Source: Amoeboaphelidium protococcarum X5 (lineage: Eukaryota > Fungi > Aphelidiomycota). From it: 64,000 bases of DNA. The stretch lies in the NCBI GenBank assembly GCA_023515725.1, contig JALDTO010000146.1, forward strand, positions 310,001 to 374,000. Reading direction: 5' to 3'. The position numbers were made by a program, and so were the translations under genes. A model generated the notes under the pieces. That model ran no database searches. It was not told the DNA's origin and was given only the letters and a program-made list of their open reading frames with translations. Of this stretch, positions 37,870 through 51,700 are shown one piece after another. Each line of letters starts with the position of its first letter. Position 1 is the stretch's first letter.

Positions 37870-39375
37870 TCATGAACGAATATAGTCTTGAACAATTTCG
37901 TACTCCTCTTCGGGTGGAGCTGGATAAAATACTACCCGCATAGCTTTTGACACGTAATATCGATACTCTTCTATGAGTTCCAAATCTTCATCCATTTGTA
38001 CATTATCGCCACCACTGCCATCCGCCTACACCTTGGCGCTTATAGATTTTCGCCGCTTCATACAACTTCGCCTTGAGATGGAGAAACTGATCTATATAGC
38101 GTGCCTCAGAGCACCTCTACCACCGTCTTGGAGTTTTATATACTGACGCTGACGGATCATGACAGACGATTGATTATCCGGAATATCGCTGAGATCATAC
38201 GAGACAAAGAACAACTTGGCCACACTGCCACCATGTTCAGTGTTCTTTATCATGACCTACAGACGGCCTCGCGCAGGAATACGATATCCGAGTGGACTAG
38301 ACACTTTTGCAAACGATGTCACTGGAGATGATGTAGAGAGCACCGAAGACGCGTTACGAGCTGATGATTAAGCATCGAGAGACATTCTAGATTTAACCGA
38401 TACAGCATCGCTAAGCTGAATGATACCAGTGTATGGACTTGATGAGACAAAACTGAAATCTAACTATGACGAATTTTCTTCAGCAGATTATTTCGAAGTT
38501 GGCATTTATGATGAAGTTAAGACACGCCCAAGGAGAGATGACTAGCTAGAGCAATTGGATCGAGGAAGAGGAGAATCTGGCCTGGCGGTCGAGGACGCGA
38601 AAGGACCTGATGAACTGAAATCACAGGAAGAGAGTCCATACTAGTAATAAGATGCCTTGAAGGGGATCATCACATGAGATGGAGTCTTGAACTTCCGCTA
38701 GCTCTTCTTCCTACTCTTCCCACCACCATTATTGATATTGCCGTTTTTAGATGATGAAAATCTACCATCAGACCCACCAGAGACAGATATCACACCCAAA
38801 TCACAAATGAATGCAATAGGCCGAGATGGACAAGTTGACATTCTTCCATTGATAATAGATTCTTCATATGATCCAAGAAGAGATTTACTCCTCCCCCGAT
38901 ATATATCATCGTTATTATGTGTAATGACTTCATTATCCACCGCAAGCGTATTTTACTGATACAAAATCTCCGTCTAAGATTAATCTGCCAAATGCAAATT
39001 CTAAATCTCTATCACAGGCGATGAAGATGCTGTATGGCTATCATCACACAACAACAACTCTCCCGATGGAAATTACGGTCTACTTGATTTCAAATGATCA
39101 TCAATATCTCGTTAAATACCGCGATATTTTAAATCTAACGGTGAAGGCTTCTTCAAAATAATCTTTTATGACATTTGATGCTTCATTACAAACTTTGCAT
39201 GTTGTTACTATCCAACGAAAGTGGCATCGACACAACCGTTTGACTTTCTATAATCTCTATCAGCCAGATCATTTGCCATAGATACAGTCTACTACTGTTA
39301 TTACCCAACAAAATCTTATTATAACTATTATCCTTCTTAATTATCCTCTTTTCTTTATTTTCTATGCATTGCCAT
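37870..39375 (-). CDS. FAM214/Atos-like (DUF4210) protein
   Basis: LLGSYEESIINGRMS, SPYTGII, LQVMIKN, KLFFVSYDLSDIP, IRQR, LRHAIQISF. Confidence 0.85.
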
Positions 39376-40077
39376 TCTTCAATTACCACCACTGTTTGAT
39401 CAGATTACTAAAATGTCAGAGTGTTTGTTTGTAACTGTGATGTAAATATGATAAAGCTGAGATGAAAAGAAGCTTTGCACAACAACAAACTAATAAAATC
39501 CGAATTTTGTGTTTGAGTGAGTGATTGCGACGGAAAAGGAAATTTCAATGTTTCACATTTTTCAGATTCAGCCAACGATCAAGTGATTTCAGTGTTTCAG
39601 CTGATCAAACAGAGATCATGTGACACAACGCGTAATATTATTCTTTAAGGCGCTGTATGTAATGAGTGACAGGATATATTAATTTGTCTACCATGGCCTA
39701 TCTTATTACTGGTGTATCACTTTATTATTGAGTATTTGATAATTGAGTGATAATACACTTGGTAACCATCTTGGCAATATCGCCTGTGGAGGTTAGAATG
39801 ACGTGATGACGCTTTTAACTCGTATGATAGTTGGAGAATTACACATGTAGCATTTAATCGAAATAGTATATTGTTTCAGTATTTCTACCATTAACGTTTA
39901 TTCTCTACAGTATACTTTGCTCTGTGCCGAAAGTTCAAACTATTTCTTCTTTTCCTTTCAAGTTTCCGAGCGTGTTTCAAGTTGTTTCATTCAGTTTTGC
40001 TTGTGTTGTATAGTGCAGACTATAATTTAATTTTATTTTGTATCATTTTGCTCTCATATTCACATTAGAATAAGATT

Positions 40078-42321
40078 ATGGATTAAGAGAGTAGTTTGTA
40101 AGAGTTAAATTAGAAGGCTTAGTAGGCATTGAAGGATATTGATGATGCCCTGTAAGATGTGTCTTTATCGTTCAATGATGCAGATTTTTCATTGACCAAT
40201 CAGGTGCCTCTCACTGAACAGAATGGGAGTTCATAGCAGCCACTAAGTCAAACATTTAATTAAGATGAGTCTATTGGTAGAGTGGATAACTTGACGTTTA
40301 GTGCAGACATGTCTTTTGGTAATATATCTCATATGGATGGGCATCTTAATAGTAAGAATGAGCGTTTGGTTGTGGACAAGACTGAATAGCAACAGAATTC
40401 CACAAGTTTGGATATTGCTGGTATTGATGCAGCACTGGATGATGCTCTCAATATGAGCATGGACATAAGTATGAGGCACTCTGTAACTAGCGATAAAGAT
40501 AATGCCATGTAAGCTGCTATACCGCCTGCTGAAACTGAACCAAGCTTTTAGTAGGAATTATATCAGAGTCATGATGCTCACGTTCAAGCAGTGTAATTTA
40601 GTGAGACCAATGAACGTAAGAAGGATGATGATTTGGTGTCTTCTTAGAAGCCATTACAGAATAACATTGTGGATATCAAGTCTCCTGATGGGTCCGTTCA
40701 TTCATCAAGTTCATCTGATTCCATGGTGGATATCAAGTCTTACTTGAAGAACGTTGAGGCTAATTTGAATAAGGAGCTCGCAAGAGTGGATTAGAATCTG
40801 TAAAATATTACGATGAATGCCTCGAATGTTTTGGTGCCAAAATTGAAGGTGAAGTCTTATAAATTGCCGGCGGTTAGTCAGATTGATGATCCTGAACTTC
40901 AAGCTCTGTTCAATCGTCCTACTTAAATGCCAGATGAGACCATACTGCTGGACTCACCAGGTATTAATTAGAAGAATGCTAAAGCGGCTCATAAGAAACT
41001 GCCTGAAGTGAATCAAACACCACAAGGCAAGTCTTAATAGTCTGCGAAAAATGTGAATAGTGGATAAAGAAAGCCGACTTTGCCTCTTCCGGAAGTTTAT
41101 TCTGAAGATTTCACTTAGTAAGTCTCTTCTAAAAGTCTGAAGAATAATGATACTGACTTGACTAAGCAGATCAAGGAAGCTGAGTTAAAGTTGAAAGCGT
41201 CTCTTTAGTAATAATAGAATAGTAGTTTGAAGTTGAATGGTCAGGCTAATCCATAATTTCGAGATATTGAATTGGAAAATAGTCTCTTTGGGCCATAGGA
41301 GATAAAGTTACCCGCAGAGGATGATGTCGTATTATAAGAGGATTAATATGAAGAGAAGTGTGAGTTTGAGCGTTCATATCAGCGATTGCCTGCTGCTGTT
41401 GTTACTGCTGTAGATCACTTGGAATATTCACACACTCAATACTAACCTCCTATGCAACAGACATAGCCGCAATATAAAACCAGTTCTCCACTTTAGAAAA
41501 TTGCTGGTAATGAGAATCCTCCTCCTCAAATCAATATTGATATTTCTGCTAATGGTGATTTACTTTAGAATGATATTGTCCACCTTTAGTAGTAACCTTC
41601 CATATCTAGAGCTCCTACTTTAGTCAATATGGAACATTAGGCCCCGCCTGTCTTTGGACGTTCGGATGTTATAAAAGAGCAGTTGGATATCAATGAGCAT
41701 CGACACACTATTGATCGCCTGATGGCTGTGATTGCAAAGTAGTCCGAGATGATATCTCACCTGCAGTAGGAAGTTTAGTAAATTCGCATCCAGCAGTAGA
41801 AGGAGAATTATATCGTCGGCAATGGAAAGTTGTAAAATCATTAACACGAGTCTGGCAGTGAAGTTGTCGTGTTGAAGAGTAAAATCTAGTTGTTGGAGAG
41901 GAAGCTCGAGTACGCAAATCTCATGGTGGAACAACACAGACAAGATAAGGAGCACGCTATGAAGGAGGCTGAATTTTGGAGAAGTCAGTCAAGGGATTAC
42001 CGGCCTCAGGGTGGATCTTTCCCAATACATCAGGCAAATTTTGTAAGAAGCACTATTCAAAAACATTTGCGCTCCTCTGTTCTTGCAGGCAATAGAGTCT
42101 ATTCATAGTCTACTAGGATCCCCTCTTACCCTCTAAATAGCGCTCATAATGGTAATTCTGCTAAAACTGGAGCTTTCACTAGAAGCCGTCACAATCATGG
42201 CGTTGAAGATAAAACTAAAGGAAAGTACAAGCCATCCTCAACCTCTAGGTACACTCCTGCGGCATCATAATATTAAAAATGGAACCAAAGTCTTGGTAGA
42301 AACTCTCAGTCCCGTCATTGA
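40078..42321 (+). CDS. Hypothetical low-complexity/coiled-coil protein, ~747 aa
   Basis: Long ATG-to-TGA frame with TAR=Gln (spot-checked). Q/S/D-rich, with a heptad-like segment near 41850-41990. Confidence 0.7.
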
Positions 42322-42420
42322 ATTTGATAACATTATCCTCGATGATGTAAATGTAAATAAAAGCTCTACTATTATAATAAGACTGTATTCATTTTTTAAC
42401 CACTTCCATGAGAATCAAGA

Positions 42421-43771
42421 TCACTTCTTTTTACCTGATGTGGTGACATTGAACTTAAAGAATATAATGTCTCCATCCTCCACAACGTACTCCTTACCCT
42501 TCTGTAGATATTTACCTTGTGACTTGACAGCGTTCTCATTACCAGCCTCTTTCAGATCATCAAACTTCATAACTTCAGCCATAATGAAGCCACGTTCAAA
42601 GTCAGTATGAATAACACCGGCAGCCTGAGGAGCCTTGGTATATCGACGAAGGGTCCAAGCGCGAACCTCATCGGGACCAGCAGTGAAATAATAGACCAGA
42701 TTCAATGCCTAATATCCAGTGGTGATAATGCGCGGCAACTGAGACTTGACTTCATTCTATGGCGTGATAGCAGCACCCTCCAGCCAACTTTCCTACAACT
42801 GCTTGAGGTACTGCTAACGCTCAGTGTCATTCGCAGCTGTCGACAGCTAGTATTCCATCTTCACAGACAAAGGAATAATTGGCGGTTTGTAGTACGAATC
42901 GTTAGTCTTATCACCATCATCAGCAGACAGTGATGCATTACTATTCGCATCAACCCACGCCTTAATCTTGGCTAGCCACTTGTTCTTCTTGCGAACAAAG
43001 TCACGCTCGGACAGATTGACCAGATACACAACAGGTTTAGCTGTGATCAGCTGGAATGGATTCAACACCTCAATCTCCTTGTTGGACCACTCAAACGTTC
43101 TGATATCCTTCTTCTCTTCGGTGAGCAGTTTAAGTGCCTTTGCAGTCACCTCCAGCTCGAGAACCTTATTCTTGTCAGCATTCTTACCGGCACGTCTAAC
43201 AATAGGCTCCAGCGAGTCGTGATGGTTCTGCAAGAATTCAATATCCTTCAATCTCAACTCTTCGTGGATGATGCTCAAATCACGGATAGGATCAACTTCA
43301 CCCTCGACATGGGTCACTTCATCATCGCTGAAGGCTCGCACCACATGAAAGATACCATCCACAGCCTTGATGTGGGATAAGAACGCGTTACCAAGTCCAG
43401 CACCACTAGATGCTCCCTTCACCAGACCGGCAATGTCGATCACGGTAAGAAATGCGGGAACCTTAGAGGACGGCTTGTACATGTCGCACAGCCAATCAAA
43501 TCGCTCATCGGGCACAGCGACGCGCGACTCTTCAGGATCAATCGTACAGAAGGGATAGTTCTCTGCAGACGCAGCGCTATTAGTGATGGCATTAAAGAAT
43601 GTACTCTTACCAACTACATACAATTACTCAGTTTACATAGATATAAGAGGTCAGCTGAAATGCATATCATAAACGCGACTTACCGTTTGGCAGACCGACC
43701 ACACCCATCTTGAGATTATTGGATGGTCTTCCCAGAAGCAGCTTCTGCTCAACAACCTTTTTAGGAGGCAT
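42421..43771 (-). CDS. OLA1: Obg-like ATPase OLA1/YchF
   Basis: GLPNVGKST across intron 43614-43683, [49 protein letters not shown]. Confidence 0.97.
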
Positions 43772-44069
43772 CTTTCTTGTCAACTTTTTATTATTACTAT
43801 TATTACTCGTGTGTGCAAGTCTATAATTTAGCCTAAGCAGCAAAGCACGAAAAGGAATCGCGTTTAGAGTTGTCGTTTTGTAAATTTATGGTTATCAGAG
43901 CTGGTCTTTCAACTCTCTCTCTCTTTCTCTCTCTTGGATAGCGAACGAAAAAGATTCAGCGAGCGATTGAGATTCAACGAAAGAAAGCTCCCACGGTGAG
44001 GCGAGTTCTCCGCTTTTAAAGTTATTGTGTCAATTCACGGCAACTATTTCAATGCATTAAATATAAATA

Positions 44070-44815
44070 TCATTTACCAGGCATTTCGCCGCTTTAATTA
44101 AGACTTAAAGTTGATGCAACTTCAGCCATGGCTTTGTCGATTCTATTGTCAAGTTAATCTACATGCAATCAATACATTGTTGGAGATACAGCGAATGTGT
44201 CAACCATACCTAAGTCTTATAGTTCTTATTCAATTTAATCATCCAAACGCGTGATGGTTGACACCAGTGACGTTATACTCTCCATCTACACTCAGTTAAC
44301 AATACATTATCGAACGATGTAAAGCGATAGCGCATTATTTACCCGAGTAGGATCTGTGAGATCAAAGTCTGCGTTTCCATCATCGTCATTTTATTCATTA
44401 GACACCATCAATTCAGCGCGTAAAGATCCATCAATGAGATCTTGAATCCGTCGCGACACGTTGCTGATGTCTGTTGAAAATGATTGTACTAAACTCTCGC
44501 ATTTAGCTAATTGTTCTCTCTCTCTCTTTATAACTTCTTATGGATCCTTCGATGATGTATCTCCACCAGCCAAGTTGTGTTGTACCTCACCACTAGCTCT
44601 GAGTCGATTTAAGGCTTACAAAGTTGCCAGAGCTTAAGCTTCATCGCCCGATCCCACAAGATCAGTCGCCGGGCACTCTTACGCCAACACTCCCAATGAA
44701 TTGGTATACAATTACTTTAACTACAATATCTTTATGATATTTAACTATCGAACTACCTTCATAACTAAAATTTTACCTGCTAGACGCATAATTGCATCTC
44801 TGAAATGGCATCCAT
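44070..44815 (-). CDS. MED21: Mediator subunit 21 (Srb7)-like, three short introns
   Basis: MDAISEMQLCVQQ|LKQLYTNSLGVL resembles the Med21 N-terminus. GT-AG introns (first 44721-44776) restore the frame. Confidence 0.65.
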
Positions 44816-44969
44816 TGTTCTCAACAGCAATGATTACTGAAATTTCGAATTGTAGCGAAATTTAACGCTCACGAGCAAAAGAGTTTTGCATTGAATTCGA
44901 AGCATTATGGTATTTTGAAAGTAAATACTTGCAAAAATTACATTAAAAGCATGTATATATTCTATTAAA

Positions 44970-47033
44970 TCAGACAGTTAAAGACTCACACTCTTATAAA
45001 GTGGTTTGCAGTTGCTTAAACTGTACAGGCTTGCTCAGAAAATCTTTGGCTGCAACACATTTCTCTCGCTCAGAGTCGAGAACATTGCCAGACATTATAT
45101 ACACCAATGGTAAGGTGTTCCTAAGAGTGTCCATCTACTAAGGAGTGATTTAATCGATACTGTCGCACATGATACCAAGCTACTTGCATTTAGACATAGT
45201 GAGTAGATTTAAACAGCTAAAACCATCCATTACGGGCATTTGCAGATCGAGAAATATTACATCAGCATTATTCTGTCCATTATTCATGTCATTCAGAGCA
45301 TCAGTGGCCATCATGTACTCTTAGACATGGTAATTCCATTTTTTTAGAATACGAACCATCAATGACCTGACTATAGAATCATCATCAACTATGAACACTT
45401 TCATTTTCTTCCTTTTATTACCATATAACCTACACAAATCAATCGCAGAATCTGATGAACTTTCAGACTGAATAGCTAATTCACCATTTCTTTCATCTGA
45501 CACAGTCGATTAATTACTAACAGGTGATTATACACGTCCATCTGAATCTGAAGGCACATGATTAGTAGAGTCAATTTACAAAGGAACTTGGAAAACAAAG
45601 CAAGCGCCGCGGTCTCCAGCCTGTTCGCGATCATAAGATAAACATCCACCCATAAAGTCAGCCAATTCTCTACTAATATACAGACCAAGTCCACTTCCTC
45701 CATAGTTTCTCAAAATGCTATTATCTTATTGGGTAAACTTCTAAAATAACTATTTCTCAAACTGCTTAGAAACACCAATGCCAGTGTCTTTTACAGTGAA
45801 CTGTAGTATCACAGATGCATCATCTTCCTTCTATACCACAGGGACTTTTTCAATTTTTAGTGAAACAGAGCCGCTTTCTGTAAATTTTATAGCATTAGTG
45901 ACCAAGTTATTAAGGACCTACTAGATTTTACCTTCATCGCCCAGAAATTGAGTTTATTTGCACCAGCGCATGATATCATCTCTGCCAGCAGAGACGAACT
46001 TATAGTCCAAACTCTTGGCTTTACATAGTGACGCGTAAATGCTATTCAATCTTTTAATCAAATCATAAACACTAAACTTCTGGACAACAAATTTTGGTTG
46101 CGAGGACGAAATCTTGGAAGCATCAAGAACATTGCCAATTATAGAGGATAGAGTGGTAGTACAATCTTTCAACGTGTTCACTAGTTCTTCCTGCTCTGCG
46201 GTCATATCAGTCTATTAAAGTAGATGAAGTGAGCCATTGATGCAATGCAGTGGATTACGAAGTTCATGAGAAACTGTATTAAGAAAATTATCCTTGGCTA
46301 TATTACTCTCCTCAGCCTACTTAAACAGACCTTAGACTCTTCTGTCATACCACTCATAATTACACACCATTTAGTAGGAAATAAGACTAACAAAAGCACA
46401 ATGATAGAAGCATATACCAATTTTGACATCTACCAAGTTTTGACTAGCAAAATCCGCAGCATCTATAATGTTCAATACTAATCCCAGAACCAAGAAGGTA
46501 TATATATTAATCAGTATAAAGAATCGACGAGAATAGGCCATAGTATACGCGAGCAGAGGCATGTTACTAATAAATATTATATTCACAACCACCAGAATAG
46601 GATCAAAATAAGCACATAACGCAGTGAGGCCGCCATAAACAAAGATATATACAAAACAGAGCACCTCGATAATATCTGTCAGACGCCCGTATAAATCCTT
46701 ACAATTCCTAGTGCATATAACTGTGAATTTCTACATTAAAGAATTCAGTCGACGCGACTACAGGACAGCCAGAATCTTACTTATCCTCGTACCACTCTAG
46801 ATTGTATGCAACTCATTGATACTCAACAGGGCATTGGCGATAAAGAGGAGGCACAAGTAAATGAAGAAGCAGGCCACTTGAGCCATACGACTTAGAAATT
46901 GCGGTGTTCCCAAAGCTCCCAATATTGTGAATATACAGCAAATGGCCATAGCAATCTTGAGTCGATACAGGCACTGCCGCAGCTCATCTCGTCGGTACAC
47001 TTCTTGTAGGGGCACAACATTCTTTGGAGCCAT
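44970..47033 (-). CDS. Membrane-bound hybrid sensor histidine kinase, 687 aa
   Basis: Multi-TM N-terminus, SHELRNPL H-box, NLVTNAIKFT, DTGIG, GGSGLGL, receiver IVDDD...FLDLQMPVMDG...KP. Confidence 0.95.
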
Positions 47034-47605
47034 ACTGAATAATGGATGATAAACAGTCTTCTAAAATAAATACAATTTAAAAGGAAGAACCTAGTGCTAT
47101 ATTAAAAAGCGATTGTAGACACTATCGTAATAATAATAATAATACAATGATGAAATAGTCCAAGAGGAATCTCCCAGGAGAGCAAAGAAAGCAATTTTGA
47201 CAGCCGAGTTGTTGGGAAGCTCTCAGTTCGCTCCGATACGGCGCTAATAGGAGCAGGCAGATTCACATGCGTTTAATGATTCACTACTTCCACGTGGTCG
47301 GTTAGATTTGCTACTTGGAGATGAGTTTGAAATTTTTTTCCATTGGTTGTAGTAAGAATCGATGGACTGTTGGGAAAATGGTTTTTAATCTACATCTCAT
47401 TCATGATCTTTTATTGATTATCAGATTGATGACCAGTGAAAGCTTTTGATTGATACAACGCATTGCAATTGTAACTGGATTCTATCGCGCTCAATCTCAT
47501 CATGTGTAACATTCATTGAACACTTCTCTTTTTAATCTGTCTTTCGTGTACAATAACTTTTTCAACCACTGTTTGCACAAGTAGGTGCACATACTCAATT
47601 GTACT

Positions 47606-48490
47606 ATGTGGACAAGTATTAAGAGTTGGTCATTATTTTTTATGAAGTACGGATTTTCTATTGCCGCGGTGCTTGTGGCTGCGTTTGCGGCTGCATTATA
47701 TGCCAATCAGCGCAAGATTGTCTACCCGTCCTATATGCCCGAAGGTTCGCGTCAGTTTGTTGATCTGCCTTCACAATATGGTCTAGATGACTTTGAGGAT
47801 GTGAACTTTTAGAGTGCGGATGGGACTTAACTACACGCGTACTACATTAAACACCCATCCAAGGCGGCCAAGAGTGTTATGTTATTCTGTCACGCCAATG
47901 CAGGCAACATGGGACATCGACTCCCGATTGTGAAAAAGATCATGTCTGAACTTAGTGTGGATGTGTTCATATTTTCTTACCGTGGCTATGGCAAGAGCGA
48001 AGGATAGCCTGACGAGAAGGGCATCAAAGAGGATGCTGTTGCGGCCATGGAGTATGTGCAATAAAGAACTCTGGAATCGAAGTTGCCTATATCTGTATTT
48101 GGTTAAAGTATTGGCGGTGCGGTCGCTATATATCTAGCGTCTAAATATCCTCAAATCAAGATGTTGATCATAGAAAACACGTTTCTTAATATTCCACTAC
48201 TGGTTCCTAGAGTATTCCCCATACTCAAGTACTTTTCATTCCTGTGCAGCGAGATTTGGGCAAATGATTAGATGATCTAAACACTGGATGAAAATATTCC
48301 GCTGCTTTTTCTTAGTAGCACTGGCGATGAGCTCATTCCTGTGGAACATCAGCGAAAATTATTTTCCCTCGCCCCCTGCAAGGTCAAACAAATGGTCAAC
48401 ATTAATGGATCCGGTCACAACGATGCGCCTCTAAAACCAGAGTATTGGGAAGGATTCTTTCAGTTTTACAGGCGTGTCTTTTAAAAATGA
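47606..48490 (+). CDS. ABHD13: Alpha/beta hydrolase, Bem46/ABHD13-like
   Basis: YANQRKIVYP, HANAGNMGHR, YRGYGKSEG, FGQSIGGA (Q=TAA), ENTF, GHND. Confidence 0.93.
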
Positions 48491-48795
48491 GTCAATATAT
48501 ATATATATAGTGCCTTGTTGATAATTCATCATTCTTTCCACAACATTGCTGCATCAGCTCATCTTAATATCTCCAGCATAAATTCGATCAATCAAAGAGG
48601 GCGTTTCACCTTTAGATGGAGAAGCCGCAGGGAAAGAGCGAAAATCATCAAACAAACAACGTTTCGACACTCAGCTGAGGAACATTCTTTATAAAAGTGG
48701 CTGAGTCCCTTCTTTCTGCATAACAATATTAAATTGTCTGCGTCATCTCACACTATATTATAGTAAATTTCACCATATTTTATTGAGGATTCAGT

Positions 48796-51700
48796 ATGGA
48801 AGAAGAGTAGTCATTTGTAAGATTTTAATCTAAAGTTTCATTTGTAATTAACTTTGTTATACTAATTCAGTGTTGTAGATTGTGCCAGTGTATTTTGCTG
48901 ACAACTCTTCCAAGTCCATCTCTGTGAAGGATTCATTTACCGTAAGGGATGTTATCAAGGTGGTGACTCAGATGTCTCATCATTAGGCTGCCAACTCCAT
49001 GTCGGACGTGGAGGATGGAGCTGAGAAGCAGCAGGAACGTAAGTCGTCTCAGGCGGCGCAGGAGGATTCATTACTTTAGGATAAGTTGGAAGATTGGAGA
49101 ATGCTAGTTGTTAGAAGACGCAAGAGAGAAAGTCTTGTGTTCACTCTACCGGAGTTGAATGACGATACTGCCATCAAGGTGCTGGATAATGAAGTTTAGT
49201 TAAAGGATGAAATTGCTGGCTGGCCTTCCAGTAGCATATCCGATTCAAACAATCCCCGTTTGAAGTTGGTCAACTCATCATTTGTGGCTCGTGTGTAGTT
49301 TAAAGGTATTGCTGAAATGCCTGAAAATTACTTGTGCTAGGTGTATGTCACACCGACAATGACGGCTGATCAGATGTTGGAGGTCATTATGGATGAGTAT
49401 CAGTTGAAGCCTGGTATTCTTGGTACTAAAGAGTCTACCGATAAGAAAGTGCAAATCAAGTATAATATTGTCGAAGTGAAAGAATTCTCTGCGGGCGGTG
49501 TTGATGTTAAGAAGCTGAATGATACTGATAGACCGCTGCTAATGAAGGCTGAAGTTTAGAGTTTAATGGCCAATTAGAGTGTTGTTTAGTATTATTTCTA
49601 GATCCAGCTTGGTGGTAGCTGGTTATCTAGAATGAATTCTCAGGCTTTGCGTGTGAAAGATAAAATGTCTCGCTCTATAAATAGTGCCGGCAGCATCAGT
49701 TCGGGACATGGCAGTGCTAGAGAGCCGTCTCCTCTATCTAATGCAGTTGTGAGTGATGTTGGCGCATCGACTGCTCTGACTTCAGAGTCTTCGGATGTAT
49801 CTGGTCCGATGGTGGAACATGCTTCTCCAAGTAAGAAGACATCTCCGAGAAAGGGATCTACCAAGACTAGTGAAATTATGAAAGTTTTGGCAGAAGGCGG
49901 TAACAGTGATGTGAATAAGGCCGAGGCAAAATCTATGCTGCTCAACCTGCCAGATTCAGAATTTGACCATTTATTCACAAAATTGTTGGATGACTTAAAT
50001 TTGAAGAATGAGAGTGTGAGGAAGAGCATGTTTGCCTATGACAAGGAGAGAAAAGCTACTTTGCTGGTTTAGAATTTGAGATAGGCTGCATTGAAAGGAG
50101 GTTACAACGAGAGTCGCTCGCAGTCTCCTACAAAGACTAAAATCTCGTCTGCCAATTTGCTCACCAGTAATGAAGATGTTGATGATAAGTCTAATCCTAC
50201 AAGTCCAACTGCAAGTAATTCGAATACTACTAGTAGCGGCGGTGTTGGTTTATTTGGCAAGAGTAAGGGTGTCACTTCCAAGAAGGATATCTATGAGAAT
50301 TCTCCTCAGTTTTACATTGATAAGTTGTCCGCATCTTCTATTAATGCCAAGTCGCTGTTGAAGCTGCTGGTCAATTTAAGAGTCACTCTGTCTACCGCGA
50401 AAATTACATGGGTCCGTCAGTTTGTTGAGAATGGTAAAGGCCTTATTGCTATTGGTACTGTTTTAGATAGAGCTAATGGACTTAAGGTGCCCACCAAGCT
50501 ATCTCGTGCTCGATCTGACGTTGATGAAGAGATCCGTGTGGAATGTATGAAGTGCATGCGTTTTCTTTTGAATACAGAGCCTGGTTTTACCACCGTCCTC
50601 ACCAGCTAGTTGATTATCTCAAAGATTGCTTTCTGTCTGCACTCTACCAACGACAAGTTGAGGACCACCGTGACTGAGATTCTGGCTGCTTTGTGTATCT
50701 TGAGCACGGAGGGTCATAAAATGGTTCTTGCCGCTATGTCCGATTTCAAGGGTTTCTATAATGAGAGAGCTCGCTTTGAATATTTGGTAAAGAGCATTGT
50801 TGATGAGGATCCATTGGTTAAGGGATTTTCTGATGGCAGAAATCCAGTCTCCACTTTTGAATATAAAGCCTCTGCTCTTACTCTGGTTAATGCAATTATT
50901 GGTGTTCCTGAGGCTCTTGATAGCAGAGTTTAGCTGAGAGAGGAATTTTTTAGACGCGGTCTAGTGGCTGAAAGAGTAAAGTAAATGAGAAAGAATGCTA
51001 CTCCTAATATGATCACGCAGTTGGACATTTTTGATGAGGAGATGTCTCAGGATATGAAGCTTGCCCAGTCTGTAATGTTGGGTAAAGGTGTGGATTTTAG
51101 CAATCCTGGGGATGTTGTTAAGAAGGTCATGTCGAGATTGTCGAATGACATTATTGCGTAGACTTCATTCATTTCTATCCTCTAAAACTTTCTGCTGCTG
51201 GTGGGATACGGTTCGGAGTCTTAGGACCAGCTGGATTAGTAATCGACGTCACATTTGAAAGATGGATATTAGAATCAGCAGCGTATCTGGAAGTTTTGTG
51301 AAACTTTTGTGCAGAAGCTCATCAGCCTCGAGTAATAGAGTGGTGAGGATGGTATTAATGTGGCGACCTTTTCTTAATTCATGAAGGAGTTTATCGAACA
51401 GGTGGAGGAAGAGTTAAGTGTTGATCAAGGCTCAGCTTTGGGACAGATATCTGCACTCTTGTCTGCCAATTAGAGTGACGATTAGCAAATCATCGAGCTG
51501 CAGAATGTGATCTCCTAATTGAAGACTGAGAATGCAAAGTTGCTTCAAAGTGCGCACAGTAACGCTTTGAACAGCTAAAGAGAGGAAACTCTGCAAGACT
51601 AGAATGAAGATGCAGATCAGTTGCGTCAGCAGATTGTCTAATTAGTTGAGGAGAAGAGTGCACTGGAGAAGAAAATTGCTGTGCATTAACAACAGGTGAC

